Under the pieces are notes generated by a model that saw nothing but the letters and a program-made list of their open reading frames with translations, searched no databases and was not told the origin of the DNA. Shown one piece after another: positions 11,174-25,595 of a DNA stretch of 64,000 bases. This DNA is from Octopus sinensis (lineage: Eukaryota): contig NC_043001.1 in the NCBI RefSeq assembly GCF_006345805.1, positions 88,288,001-88,352,000 of the forward strand, in the 5' to 3' direction. Numbering within the stretch: position 1 is the first letter of the stretch; each line of letters opens with the position of its first letter. Made by a program: the position numbers and the translations under genes.

Positions 11174-11625
11174 TAAGGCAGTGAGCTGGCAGAATCGTTA
11201 GCATGCTGGGCGAAATGCTTTGCAGTATTTCGTCTGTCTTTATGTTCCAAGTTCAAATTCCGCCGAGATCGACTTTGGCTTTCATTTTCTTGGGGTCAAT
11301 AAATTAAGTACCAGTTGTGTACTGGAGTCGATCTGATCGACTGTCCCCCCCCCCCCAAAATTTCAAGCCTTGTGCCTAGAGTAGAAAAGTATTTACCTGG
11401 CTTTTTAAGGTGGCGATCTAGCAGAAACATTAGCATGCTGGGTGAGATGCTTTGCAGTATTTCGTCTGTCTTAACATTCTGAGTTCAAATTTTGCCGAGG
11501 TCAACTTTGCCTTTCGTCCTTTCAGGGCTGATAAATTAAGTACCAGTTGTGTACTGGGGTGGATCTGATCAACTGACCCCACTCCCTCAAAATTTCGGGT
11601 CTTGTGCCTAGAGTAGAAAAGAATA
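11174..11625 (+). mobile_element. Tandem pair of SINE family A copies
   Basis: Two consecutive head-body-tail units starting ~11176 and ~11408. Further copies lie at 20548-20765(+), 21993-22195(-), 42955-43130(-), 50228-50380(+) and 62950-63620(+). Confidence 0.8.
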
Positions 11626-13039
11626 TTATAGTGACATTATATCTTCAATTCTGTTCCCCATTTCAGATTGTTTGCTTCTTAACATAAAGACAAAAATAAA
11701 TGATAACAGTTCTCAAAGTAGAAAAGGTTGACAAGTGGATGATGAAGGATATAGTTGTCAAAGATCTTCTCTCTCAAGACTACCCCTCCTGCACTATGTA
11801 TCTGGACTTTGCACTGCCACAAGAACCAACCCTTCAGAAAAAATACTGTTTAAAACAAATAATGTATTTCACATTTCTTTATAAGCTTCCAACAATCTTA
11901 TTAGTTTCCAAAATAACCACAGAATTACCTCAGGTCCTGTTGTAAAAGATTGATTTAAAGTATACTATACAGTAAAAATGGCTCAGTATTCTTTTCTGAA
12001 TCATTGAGGTTGAAGGATGGGTGTTGCGACTGAGTTGATTTATGAAGGATGAAGTACAGTAATGCAAGGTCAGGTAGAATATGGTTGTGTGCAAGGGGCT
12101 TAGTTCTATTGCTGTTCTACACTTAAGGAGAAGTTTCATTTCTATTTAATTATTCATTCTTATAAAATCATAATACTTTGCAAGTAATTTATATAATTTG
12201 ATATCTTAAATACTCAAATGCAAAATTTACCATTAATAATATTGGCATGTATTTGATTATGGGCACTATGCAGAATAAATGTAAAATATTGAAGTAATTA
12301 TGGTGGTGCATGAACCATGACCTACTGCTAGCTGCAACCTCGCCAAAATATGATGTGTCAATGAGTTTGCTGGGTATCAGTAAGTTTACTGTGCATACTG
12401 AAGATGATAAGACAGGTGCTTTCCTACTGTTCTACATAACTAACCATCAAACCTCAGCCCTATTAGTGATACCATGAAACCATTCCTCCACATCACCATA
12501 AAGTAATTTCCATCTTAGTAATACTTCATCATTGTATAACTGAAACCTCAGCTGAAGTTGGTATGCAGTAGTTGTGAATCTGTTCATAACTTTAGTGGCA
12601 AATATTTTTGCCAGGAATTTTTACACCTTAAGAAAATTTAGGTTTCTTATTTTTGCTATAATACAAAATTTTGCTATTGGTTTTTATCATCATATACATT
12701 TTTTATATAAAAAATTTCATCATGTGTTTTTGCATCATCATCATTACCGTTTCATATCAATCTTCTGTGCAGACACGGGTCAGACCATCTGGCAAAATCC
12801 ATTGGGTTGGAGGATCAAGTCTTTCTCTAGCATCTTGATTTTGACATAGTTTCTATGGCAGGATGCCTTTCCAAATACCCATCATTTTACAGAGTGTTAT
12901 GAGAACTATTTTTTTTTTTTTGCAGCACCAGCATTAGTAATTCACAAGACTAAAGAGTCCCCTCAACTCAGGGGGTATATAAAGTATTGAGAGGTTAAAA
13001 TATGATAGAAGAAACAGGAACAGGTTTGTTGTTGTAGAG

Positions 13040-13260
13040 AAGATAGGCTCATCCTTTCATCTGATGATATGTTGCAGTAGAGTTGCGCAACTTCTTTGGG
13101 CATGTATTTAAGGTTATCAAACAAGGAATGCTGCTTTAGGAGCTGCCTTCAAAGTCCTATGATGCTATCAGCCTAATGTATGCAAACTTGGTGAAGGGAT
13201 GCACTTCGACACTTGGTGTTTAAAAGATATTGCTTGGTGGTTAAAAGATATTCCTTCATA
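13040..13260 (-). mobile_element. Non-LTR retrotransposon fragment, copy 1 (R4/Dong-like)
   Basis: Clearly homologous to 14220-14390. Confidence 0.45.
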
Positions 13261-13954
13261 TGAGAGTGAGTGGAAATAAATGGGGTGGATCTGGATAGAG
13301 AGATAGATGGTGGTGACAAAACATCAGATCATACCCACAAGATACAAAATGGTGAATATTTATAAAAAAAGAAACAACAAAGACACTTTGTCTGAAGTTA
13401 CAGTTTTGTTCACATTTTGTTTAAATTAGAAAAGAAAACATGAATGATTATATAACATTGGTTAACTAATAACTTGTTTTATTTCTTTGGTTAGTTCAGT
13501 CTTTTATGTTATTATTGTCATTGTTTCGGGTTTTTTCTTTTCTATTTTGTGGAACAATGTACTTTGTTTCTAACAAGTAGACAACAACCCAAACGGTAAG
13601 TTCAAGCAAGGTACTTTTTTCAGTATTATTTAATATGACTCAACCAACCTACATTGGCAATTTAATTGGTTCTTTGATGACTTGAAGGGAGATTATGAAG
13701 AAATGTACATTAGTATATATACATAACTTGTATGTATGTATGTATGTATGTATGTATGTATGTATGTATGTATGTATGTATGTATGCATGTATGTATGTA
13801 TGTATGTATGTATGTCATTATTCAGTTTTATTTCAAGATTTCTTGCCAATAGTGAAAGAGCCAGTTTCTAACCTAGACCCAAGGCTCCTTCACTGGAATT
13901 TCAACATCAACAACAGGGTATTTTTATTTGTATGTATGTATGTATGTATGTATG

Positions 13955-13988
<34 letters not shown>

Positions 13989-14094
13989 TGTATGTATGTA
14001 TGTATGTATGTATGTATGTATGTATGTATGTATGTATATAGCAGATTTGTATGCTTTGCTTTTATGTATGTATTCTCATGCATATAGTTGCATA

Positions 14095-14395
14095 TCTAGA
14101 CATGCTTTATTTCCTGTTCCAGGATTGAAAACACATACCCTTCAATGTGGGAGATAGTAATCCAGTTGTTGGTCCATAATAGACTGCTTTGATGATCAAT
14201 GTTACTATCGTCTGCTCATATAGGCTCATCCTTTCATCTGATGATATGTTGTGGCTGAGTTGCACAACTTCTTTGGGCATGTATTTATCAGACAAGGAAT
14301 GCTGCTCCAAGAGCTGCCTTCAAAGTCTTATGATGTTATCAGCCTTTTGGTGAAGGGATGAACTTCGACATTTGGTGTTTAAAATATATTGCTGA
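14095..14395 (-). mobile_element. Non-LTR retrotransposon fragment, copy 2 (R4/Dong-like, region C-terminal to RT)
   Basis: One frame gives HIIR*KDEPI*...IDHQSSLLWTNNWITISHIEGYVFSILEQEI, resembling the 'W..K..HG...WL....EG...A.QEQ' block of RLE-clade ORFs. Recognised by eye. Confidence 0.5.
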
Positions 14396-14629
14396 AAAAA
14401 TGATATAACATTCAAAGGCAGTCTGGATCGCTGTTAAGCTTCTGCCTCCTTGTTTTCATTTTAGGTAGAGGTGGTCTATGTCACTGTTTATGTGGAAATT
14501 ATGTGTGTTTGTTAGTATCTTCTGGGTTTTCACATCAATGGCTCAGGTCCATCGAGCATCCAATGAAGTAGCCCAAATGTTGGTATGAGTACTGGTACTG
14601 CAAACACATTGTGGGCCACTGTTTTATTG

Positions 14630-14800
14630 AAGACTGCTGGTATGGTCATGTGGTGCATATGGATGAGGACAGCTGTATAAAGAAGTGCTGATCTCTAACT
14701 TTGAAGGGAACCTGTGGAAGGGGTAGACTCAGGAAGCTGTGGAATGAGGTGATGAGAAATGATTTTCAGAAGTTGAGCCTAACAGAGGAGATGATAAGCT
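14630..14800 (+). mobile_element. RTE LINE ORF C-terminal fragment
   Basis: WYGHVVHMDEDSCIKKC...GTCGRGRLRKLWNEVMRNDFQKLSLTEEM; matches the ORF at 37857-38249. Confidence 0.85.
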
Positions 14801-16023
14801 CAGTAAAATCATGGCCATTGATACATACCGGTATGTCCTTTATGGCCATATCTTCCTTCTCCTCTTTCACACACACACACACACACGAAATTCAGTCCTC
14901 TGGCACCCACAATCATCCACAATCTACCCACCTCATCCACAATACATCTCCCCAACATCTCTGCCACCCACTGCAGGCCTCTCCAGTTCCTTTCACCATC
15001 ATTTGCTATCTCTATACATCACCCCTCATACTCTTATGGCATATCTCTTCTACTTATACTCCCATCACTGTTCCCTGTAGGTAGGGCCTTTCTCTCTCTC
15101 TCTCTCTCTCTCACTCTGACTATCACTGTCTTTCACTCTTTCTCCCTCTTCTTCGTTGTCCTATTTGGGTAGCCACGTATCTCCTCTGTAGTAAGACAGC
15201 TGTCCATATCCCTCTATCATACTCCAACATCTTGTCTGACACATAGCCACTTCTCTAGGCTTCATTCCTTCTCTCAGTGGAGAGGTCCTTGTCTTGCAAG
15301 CTATTTGGCAACTCCATGGCAACTAGTGCGCATAAAGAGCACCTGTATTGGTACCATGTAGAACTCACCCATGCTGTTGTCATGTAAAAAGCACCTGTGC
15401 TGGTTTCACACAAAAAGTTCCCATGTTAGTGCCACATAATAAGCACCTAGTACAATCTGTAAAGTGGTTAGTAGTAGAAAGGGCATCCAGCTATAGAAAC
15501 CATGCCAAAAGAGACAATTGGAGTCTGATGCAGCTCTCCAGCTTGCCAGCTCCTGCTAAAGCATCCAACCTATACCAGTATGGAAAATAGACGTTAAATG
15601 ATGAGGATGAGGATGTATGTAATCTGTAAATTTCTACCTCAAGCATTTTACAACCTCTTTATTATTGAAGGACAAGTACTGTATTAAATATTCTTTGAGA
15701 TTCTCAAGTGATACCGTAGTTTTATTCTTAATGTACAAATAATTTCAAACTAATTTCAAGAAGAGACAGTATAATTTTTAATTAGATGCCATATGTAATT
15801 ATAAAGTTTAGAGAGCCATTGAAAGGAAAAGGGAGTTTGTAGTTTACTTTCTTGTACAAATAATCAATTTAAGCTAATTTCAAGTGACAGGCATTATTTA
15901 AAAAAAACAGTGAAAGTTTTAATTTCTAATTCTAAAAATTAATTCCAAATGATTGTTGTTTACAAAGGGGCATATGTATATAAAGATATAAAGGAAACTG
16001 TGGCGTGGCAGCTATCTTAGTAA

Positions 16024-16097
<74 letters not shown>

Positions 16098-16114
16098 TGA
16101 CAGATAGATACATA

Positions 16115-16240
16115 GATGTATTCACATGATCAGTAAAAATGTATGAAGGATGTGAGAACACAACCTCAGCATATATTGGGGAGACTACTCAGAGTCTAGC
16201 TGAAAGAATGGAAGGACATTGGGAAAAAATAGCATGGGTT
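16115..16240 (+). pseudogene. Penelope-like element GIY-YIG endonuclease relic
   Basis: In-frame EGCENTTSAYIGETTQSLAERMEGHW (YIG at 16172), matching the 'C..YIGET...L..R..EH' pattern of PLE endonucleases. Confidence 0.6.
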
Positions 16241-16679
16241 TAATAGCTTGTGCAATATTTCTTTCTATTCCCTGACTTATGCTCACCATTTCCTACCACC
16301 TCTTTTAAAGATGTAAGTGATTGGCTCCCCTGGATGTAACATGCATATATTTACATGCCATTACATGTTAATGTATGGGAATATATGCATGTGAGTTTGT
16401 GTGATATTTTTCTCTTCTATGTAAGGCCTTCCTCTCCAGTCTCCTTGGCAAGGCCTCTTGTTGCCTAATGGACCCTCTTCTCTCTTCTAACAGGTGCTTG
16501 GTCCTAATGATTTAATGCTTGAATGTAATAGTAAATCATTGAGTAGAAATATTTGGACATTTAAACATGACGAAGAACCCACTGCCAATCAGCAAATGTT
16601 TACACAAATCTTTATTTTTTTGTCAGGTGCTGAAAACAATCTCCTAGCCACCTACTCCCTCTTCCTATCAAGTCTACAA

Positions 16680-17460
16680 CCTTTGAGTGACCACAATCAA
16701 TACAAACACAATGAAAGATAGATTCAGAAAGATTGTTGAAGAATTAGAGTGGAGACATGTAGATGTAATATGGTGTGCAAAAGGTAAGGTGGAGGGCAAC
16801 CTCTACCAGATTCTTCATGGATAAGGAACAAAGATATAAATTCTTCTGAGTAGACATACTCTTGACAGAGAACTAGGCAAATAAAGTAAGTGAGGTAGTC
16901 AGAGTATGTGGTAGGATTGTTAAGCTTAGACTAGTCATAGGTAAATCAATGGCAATATTTATTTCTGCATTTGATCCACTGTCTAGACTGGCAGATGAAC
17001 AGTGGGACTGATTCAGTTGGGCCTTTTGAGGACTACTTTGATGATAAATGACAATGATCTTATTTCAATGAATATCTTAGGGAGAATGCCAAGGAATTCC
17101 ATGATGTACATGGAGTTTAGCTTTGATTCTAGGAATGAGGAAGGAACTCGGTGATGCAAATAACTCGATGATTTACAAATCTAATTTCAAGAAACTAGCA
17201 AAGCTCCTGATCACCTATCAATCCAGTGGATGCAAAAGCCAGTCTAACAACATTCATGTTAGAAACAAGAATGCTTTACAGCATGCGAATAATGGTATGA
17301 GGTGTTCTGGATTGCTAGAAGAGAGAGAGAATCAAGTTGTGTGCGTGAGAAGTGGGTATGGATAATGCCACACTTTCACTAACTGATTTTAAAAAGAAAG
17401 AGGCATGAAAGTGCTCCTATGAGATGCTTTTAAGTGGGGAGAATGCATTCAAGAAAGAGA
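16680..17460 (+). mobile_element. Degraded RTE LINE AP-endonuclease region
   Basis: Fragments NTMKDRFRKIVEELEWRHVDV, VVRVCGRIVKLRLVIGKS..ISAFDP, FHDVHG..DSRNEEG and NFKK...LITYQSSGCKSQ. Confidence 0.75.
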
Positions 17461-18599
17461 ATTTTTGCCAATAAAGAGCCAACAGAGAGATCAATCATTA
17501 TAGTACAGAAAAAAAGTACTACTAAGATGAATAGACTTCAGCAATCCACTCTAGATATTTCTTTAAAACAAGTGATCCAAGAATGTTCTACTTTTGCAGC
17601 TTCTTCTTCAGTAACTAGAAATCCTGATAATTCTGCAGAAAAAAAAGTTCCCCTTAGAGGTTTAGAAGAAATGATTTCTCTTCTCAGTTATTTCTTCTAC
17701 TCTCACCATTCTGCTGCCTTTAATTTTGGTTGAACAATCTGCCAAACTAAGGTGAGAAATTATGTGATTTCTCAGTTGTTCATTTATAATTTTTAATCTT
17801 TAAATTTTTAATATGCTTTAAAATTTAATTTAATCATTCTTCAATTTTACAGATTATTTCTGTTATTCATCATCTAATAACACCTTTTATGTTTACTTTA
17901 ATATCTGCTAATTTTTATATCTTAGTGAAGGGAGATTTTTGAAATTAGGTATGGATTTTTTTATTTATCAATTTAAAAAGAATTTTTAACTTTTTATTTT
18001 ATAATTGTTCGTGTTGCTATTTATTATCTTTATTACATTGTTTTATTATACACATTTATTTCTATTGATTATTTGTGTTAATTAGTTCTTAAAGGGATGC
18101 TTTGAATGTAGACTTTCAATTCTGGCTGACAATTTGGACTGAATTGTCCCTAAATAACTATATTTTAATTGATGTGGTAATAAATGAGTTTCTGAGATGA
18201 ATTAGATTTATTATCACAGGGTCTAATGTATAATATATATGTGTGCACGCGCATGCGTGTATACCTGCATGCATGTGTGTGTGTGTGTGTCTGCCTCTGT
18301 GTGTGTGCATGCATGTGTGGATGGTAATAGGGTGTATAAGCACCATCATAGATGCATTGTTAAGAAGTTCACTTCTCAATCATATTTTTGTAGGTTTGAT
18401 CTCACAGTGTTATACTTTGGACAAATGTCTTCTGCTATAACGTCAGGTTGACCAATATCTTGGGAATGGAAACTGTGAGTGTATGTGTATGTAAATATAT
18501 GTATATATACATACATACATAAATACATACATACATACATGCATATATGCATACATACATACATACATACATACATACATACATACATACATACATACA

Positions 18600-19724
18600 T
18601 GAGGAAAAGTCAAAAATTATATGCACTCTTATTTTTTCAATGTATTTACACAAAAACAGGGGATAAACAAGTATGTCATTTTTCTCTGTAGTCTTCTTCA
18701 CCGGTCTACAAATTTGCATATTCCCGCCAAAAAGAAGGTTTTTGGTTGGTCATGCAACCATTTATGCACGGGACCTTGTAAACAATCTTTGAGTGGTCCA
18801 AAGATATGATAGTTGGAAAGGGCAAGATCTGGGCTGTAGGCATGGTGTTCCAGCACCTCCAAATCCAATTGGTTAATGGTTTCACTGGTCTGGGTGGCTG
18901 TGTGTGGGTTTGCATTGTCATGCAAAAACAAAACTTTCTTCCACAACAGGCTTTGACATTTTGGTGTGAATTACTGGCTTCAGTGTGTTGGCCAACAGAG
19001 CAACGTATCTTGCATTGTTGGTCATACACCCCTTTTCCAGGAGTAGTTTTGAGTCCCCAAAACGGGTTAGCGTCACCTTTCCCATGGGTCTTGAATCTCT
19101 TTGTCGCTGGTGGTTTCCACTCCATACTCTGTCTTTTGGATTTTGCCTCATAATGATGGACCTATGCTTCATCTCCTGTGATTATTCCTTGCCCTCATTG
19201 TTGTAGTGATCAAGTAAATGCTGGCAGACCTCAAGACATTTGCACTTATGCTCTGCAGTAAGCTCTCTTGGCACCCATATTGCACAGACTTTATGGAAGC
19301 TGAGCTCATCATGGATGATTTGAGAGGCAGAACCATGACCAATCTGCAGAGAACAAGCTACCTCATCAATGAAAACTCACCTGTTCACCATTACCATCTC
19401 CTGAGTTTGCTAAATCTTCTCATCAGCAGTGGAGGTTGATGCGCATCCCAGTATTGTGCTAAAAGCCTCCTCTGAATTTCAGCACCTGACACACCTTCCA
19501 CCCAAAGAAATCAGATCACTGCTCTTTGTTCTTCTTTGGTGCACATTGCTAGTGGAGTGGCCATTCTTACACTGTAAAGACAGAGATAAAAAAAATGATG
19601 CAATCAGGTTCAAACTTCAACCACATGACCATAATAGTACCAACTATAAGCACACATGTGCAGAAAGCAGTGTGATAATACTAAAGATATGTTATGGCTA
19701 AGATATGTATATTGACTTTTCCTT
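18600..19724 (-). mobile_element. Decayed mariner element (~1.1 kb)
   Basis: ORF 18698-18946 contains LHDNANPH and AYSPDLALSNYHIFGPLK. Inverted AGGAAAAGTCAA / TTGACTTTTCCT at both ends, flanked by microsatellites. Confidence 0.85.
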
Positions 19725-19727
19725 ATA

Positions 19728-19813
<86 letters not shown>

Positions 19814-21491
19814 TGTATGTATGTATGTATGTATGTATGTATGTATGTATGTATGTATGCATGTATGCATGTATGTGTGTGTATATATATATATATAAAG
19901 CACCAACCGATCGTGGCCGTTGCCAGCCTCCTCTGGCACGTAAAAAGCATCCACTACACTCATGGAGTGGTTGGCGTTAGGAAGGGCATCCAGCTGTTGA
20001 AACACTGCCAGATCAGACTGGAGCCTGGTGCAGACCCCGGTCAAACCGTCCAACCCATGCTAGCACGGAAAGCAGACGTTAAACAATGATGATGATATAT
20101 ATAATATGTATGTATGTATATGCATGATGAATATATATATATATCATCATCATCATCATCATTACCATTATTATTTACCATCCATTTTCCATGCTGGTAT
20201 GAGTTGGACAGTTTGACAGGGGCAGTTAGGCAGAAGACTGCACCAAACTTCACTGTCTGTTTTGGCAGGGTTTTTACAGCTGGATGCTCTTCCTAACACC
20301 AACCATCTTGCAGAGTGGACTGTGTGCTTTTTACATGGCCACAGCACCAGCAAGGCCTGTTTTGGCATGGTCTTTATAGTTGGCTACCCTTCCAAACACC
20401 CACCACTTTACAGTGTGGAGTGGGTGTACCAGCACTGATGGAGTCACCAAGTAACTTCCAAGACAAAGAACTTATGAGTGTAGGTAGGGGGGGCATTGGA
20501 GGAGGTGAACTTGTGCCAGAGGTTAGAGTGTGACAGAAGGATAGAAACAGGTGGTGAGCTGGCAGAAACGTTAGCATGCTGGGCGAAATGCTTAGTGGTA
20601 TTTCGTCTGCCGCTAGGTTCTGAGTTCAAATTCCGCCAAGGTCGACTTTGCCTTTCATCCTTTTGGGATCGATTAAATAAGTACCAGTTAATCCATTTGT
20701 CTGGCCATGTTTGTCCCCTCTGTATGTAAACCCCCCCCCCCCAGTGGGCAGTAAAGAAATAAGAAGGATAGAAACAGGTGTCTTGCTGTGGAAGAGATAC
20801 AGGTTACCAATTCAGAAGGAGAGGGCAAGAAAGAGAGAGGGAGAGAGAGAGAGGGAGAGAGATGGTGGTGAAGTGCCAAGGCATTCCCTTAAAGTACCAA
20901 AATATAAATGGGATGGTAATCTTCAATTTATGACTGAGAAATGATAATCAATGGTCAGTAATTGATAAATGATTTACTACTATAAGTTGATTTGACACCA
21001 AGTATTAAATATTGTCCCCAACTGTAGGGATTAACTATGCTCATTTCCGCCATTATATGAAGAGAACAATAATTCTTATTTCTACTTACCACCTGCTTGA
21101 AAAGTTGCATAAGATGTTCAGAACATAACTACTCCTGGTTGATTATTAGTTCTTCTTTCATATCCCATTAATAAGTAAATTTCTCTGTTATCTTTTCTAT
21201 TTCACCTTGTGTGACTGGTGATATATAATTTTTCTGAGTTTAACTTAACAGGTTTGGCAGGACCTGTTTCTTGTGTTTTAAATGTATGTCAAAAACAACT
21301 TTGTATCTTAATTGCAAATGATTCTTCAGATACTTTGCACCATGCATAACTCTGGTGTTGCGTATGTTCATTTTGTCCTGCTGTCATGACAGGCATGGCT
21401 GTGTGGTTAAGAAGCTTGTTCTGGAAGTGAAGTTTCCTATAAGTAACAATTTATCCATGTGAGAGCTGTTGCACAATCATCATCATCATCG

Positions 21492-21522
<31 letters not shown>

Positions 21523-22379
21523 TTAACGTCTGTTTTCTATGCTGGCATGGTTTGGACTGTTTGACAAGAGCCAGCCAGGTAGAAGACTACACCAGGCTAC
21601 TGTGTCTGTTTTGGTATGGTTTTTATGGCTGAATACCCTTCCTGATATCAACTACCCTGAAGAGTGGACTGATTGCTTTTTATGTGGCACCAGCACAGGT
21701 GAGGTCAGTTTTGGCATATATGTACTTCTATAGAAAACTTCATTGCTTTCATTGTGGCTCATCATAATTAGAGCTGTAGTGGTGCAGTTCTTTGTTAACA
21801 GTAATTTCTTGTAACAGTAATTTCTTGTAATGGTCTTGTAACTTTTCTGTAAGCTTCGGCACTATGTTCTTCTTTCTTTTTAAAAAGTTTTTTCAATAAC
21901 CCTGGGACTTATAAGGCTGGTGATTGGGTTTTCTGGCATATACATGACAGATACTACAACATTTCTTTGAATGGGAATCCAATTCATTGCAGGGATCAAG
22001 ACCAGCAATTTTGAGGGGATTGGAACTAATCAATTACATCAGCTCAATACATGACAAGTACTTTATTTTATTAACCCCAAAGAAATGAACGGTAAAGTTG
22101 ACTTCTTTGGGATTTGAACTTAGAACGTTAAGAATCAGAAGAAATGCTTCTAAGCATTTTGGTGGACATGATAACAATACTGCTAGCTTGCTGCTTCTTC
22201 TCTGTACCAAATCCAATTCCAGATTCTTTGGGCTTGCTCAAGTAGAATATGTGTTTTATTTCATTCAGATTATCTGAGTCAAAGACTCACACTCAAATTG
22301 AGTAGCTGTATTAATTTTGTTGTGAGGTACTCCTCTGATATATTGCTCTACCATAACAATGTACCATGTCTTTTTGATT

Positions 22380-22860
22380 GAATGTGCTGATCACTTAAAG
22401 TGGTGGGAAGCTGTGGAAGAGGGAAACCCAGGAAGACATGGGATGAAGTATTGAAGGCCGGTCTCAAAACTTTGGGCCTTATGAAGGAAATGACGCAGGA
22501 CTGAGATATGTCGCTCATTACTGTACTCAAGAAGACTCACTCTCCACAACAGAATTGAGATCTTAAGGGTGCTGGTGCCATGTAAAAATCTCTGGAGATG
22601 GTGCCATTTAAAAGCACCCAGAGTAAACTCTGTAAAGTGGTTGGTATTAGAGAGGGCATGAAACTGTAGAAAACCAATCGAGCCAAAATAGACTATGGAA
22701 CCTGGTGTGGCTCCTGACTTTGCCAGTTTCTATCAAGCCATTCAACTGATACCATCAGGGAAAATGTTTGTTAAATGTTGATGATGATGATGATGATGAT
22801 GATGATGACGACGACGACGACAATGATGATGATGACAATGGCAACGATGATGATGATGGT
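22380..22860 (+). mobile_element. 5'-truncated RTE LINE 3' end with (GAT)n tail
   Basis: Encodes GSCGRGKPRKTWDEVLKAGLKTLGLMKEM, then the 3' UTR block shared with 37268-37860. Confidence 0.75.
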
Positions 22861-23252
22861 GTCCTAACATTTCATAGAACTGTTGTCAAAAGTCTTTTAG
22901 TTCCTGGTTGATTTTCCACTTCCATTATTAATCCTGACCAGACAGCGCAATCTATGAATGTGTGTATGGTTATGCATCAGTCTGAATGTATGAAGATGTA
23001 CATTGTCATGTAAACTACTTACCAGAAGTTTATATATATATATATTCTTTTAAGCATTATTCTCTTCTGCAAGTTATTGCAGACATTCTTTCAGAGAGCT
23101 ACAACTATTTCTCACCAGTGAAAACAGGTGAAGGTGATCATGAGTTGTTGTTCCTGCACTGACTGGCCAAAAGATTCTGGGAATTCCAAACAAATATTAT
23201 TCAACTTCAATATCACTAGAAGCACAATTTCTTTGGGATTTTTCTTCCTTAG

Positions 23253-23474
23253 CCCTTTTGTTACCATATTTCTATCGAGATGCTCTGTGTTTCTTTCAAT
23301 TCATTTTAAATATAACAAAGAATTTAGTAAAATAACTTAGTTATCATTAAGCTAGTGTTAGGAACATAAATTGTGACTAAGGTTTGGTGGTAGATTTTAA
23401 TTCAGAACATTTGAAAACAAGATATTTGTTTCACAGAGCCAGAGGCAGTTTCGGCCAGGTTGGTATCAAAAGGG
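23253..23474. mobile_element. piggyBac-type MITE (222 bp)
   Basis: TIRs CCCTTTTGTTACCA / TGGTATCAAAAGGG (13/14 match); flanks TTAG and TTAA. Confidence 0.75.
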
Positions 23475-23574
23475 TTAAGCCTGTTCTCCAATGAGAGACT
23501 GTACCACAGGACAGTAGTTTCACTATGCAAAACACGGGTATTTAACTCTCTGAGGCAATACATGCTCATAAAGG

Positions 23575-23592
23575 ATCATTAGTTGTTGCTGC

Positions 23593-23627
<35 letters not shown>

Positions 23628-23992
23628 AGTGAATGGTCTTCATCCCAGAGCTCGCAAGATGGGAGAAGTCCGAAACGTGGTCCTTTGCTATTCGTAAGAC
23701 CCACAGAAGAGAAAGCAGGTCAACCCCCGACACCGAAAGCATTGACGGATGGATGAATGCACACCCAGGCTCAGCGGTTGCGTAGGAAGTCGGGGACAAG
23801 AAACAGGAAGAAAGAGTGAGAGAAAGTTGGAGCAATAGAATACAACAGGGGTCGCCACTACCCCCTGCCGGAGCCTCGTGGAGCTTTAGGTGTTTTTGCT
23901 CAATAAACACACACAACACCCTGTCTGGGAATTGAAACCGCGGTCCTCCGACCGTGAGTCCACTGCCCTAACCATTGGGCCATTGTGCCTCC
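23575..23992 (-). mobile_element. Well-preserved tRNA-derived SINE (family B-like head, (CAG/CAA)n tail)
   Basis: Minus strand GGAGGCACAATGGCCCAATGG...GGTTTCAATTCCC. The same head occurs at 38425-38742(-) with a different 3' part. Confidence 0.8.
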
Positions 23993-24005
23993 ACTGCTGC
24001 TGCTG

Positions 24006-24046
<41 letters not shown>

Positions 24047-25595
24047 GCAGCAGTAGTAATAGTAGTAGTGATAGTAGTTGTCATAGTAGTTGTGGTGGTA
24101 TTAGAAGAGGTTTTCTTGATGTTACTGTTATTGCTGTAGCTGTTGTTTAGCTCCATGTCAGCTCTGACCTTCTGGGTCAAACAATTGGTCAAACAATACA
24201 CTACACCATTGCAGAGGACCACACTCTCCTCTCTAATGTCCATTGGTCTATTATGTCAGGTGCAGTGTGCCATTCTGTACATGTTGATTTTTTTTATACC
24301 TTCAGCATTTAAACCGGCTATATCTGGCTTAAATATTCTACCTGATTTATGTTCAAATCAGCCAGATCTTACCTGTTACTGTTAACCTACAATGTCATTC
24401 TAAAAATAAGAAGCACGCTACCACAGTCTCAAAGCTACAAGATACTGCATGATTAATTCAAAACAATGTGAATAAATAAGCATTACATTTGATAGACTAA
24501 TCTGAATGCTAAACGGATAATTCAGTCCAGTGATGTCAGTAGGTTCTGGTCATGACTCCCCGGCAAAAGTGGTAAATATAGATCCAATAGAGCATAACAG
24601 TTGCTGTTCTTCTGTATTCATTATTGTTGAAGATGGAGGTGGTTACATCCTGATGAAGTGTTTAGGCTAATAATGATGTTTATGTTGCTGCTAATTTTGA
24701 GCAGATATGTTCTATTTTATTTATTTTATTTCGTCTGGAAGGAATGGATAGTGTACCTAACACAGTGTTGACAGATTGGTAAAGATTTACTTACCAACAT
24801 GATGCAATCAATAACTTATAGACAAGTTGTTTTTTCTCTCTGTCTCTTATATCAAAACTTACAATAGCATCTACATCCCTGAACAGTCTCTATACCTGTC
24901 ATAGGCAGAATGTGCTTGCAGGACTTTCTAAATGACATGCGTGATGAAAAGTTACCTTGAATTTTTTTAGTTATGCAGCCCACCTGATGATGACTTGGTC
25001 CACTTCTAGAAAAAGTTGCCCATGTCTGTTCTGTACCATGGCCAATCAACAATTCCATCTCTCCTCTTTCTGCCACTCTGTTATGTTTTATATCCTACAT
25101 CATACATTAAACACTTCGTACTATCCTTCTTCTGCAGAATTGCAACCCCCTGCAATATCCTATCCATCCACAATTTTTTTTTTCTTTCAAATATCCACTT
25201 TAAGTATTGAAACACATCAGACATCTCAATCTTACTAGTGTGAAAAGGTCTGCAATGGTTTGGTTACTGCTGTAGTTGAAGATGCTTGAGTGTTCTGTGG
25301 TGATGTATGTGTGTGTGTGAACCGAGTGGTCAAGGGAAAATGTTCTTAGGATGGTATTGCATTTTTTTATTTGTATGTTAGTTAAAAGAGAAGTAGTGAC
25401 CAAAACTGATATATACACAATGGGCTTCTTTCAGTTTCCATCTACTCTCAAGACTTTGGTCAATCCATGCCTATAGTAGAAGATACTCAAGGTGCCACAC
25501 AGTGGAACTGAACCTCAAAACCATGTGACTGGGAAAATATCATCTTAATCACATAGCCATATCTGTGTACAGTTGTCTAAATTGATATAGCAAAA

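Noticed and set aside
11660-12140. Unique-looking sequence with several short open frames
   Set aside because: No recognisable motif or consistent splice pair.
17434-17733. 99-aa ORF
   Set aside because: No recognisable homology; starts inside a degraded LINE.
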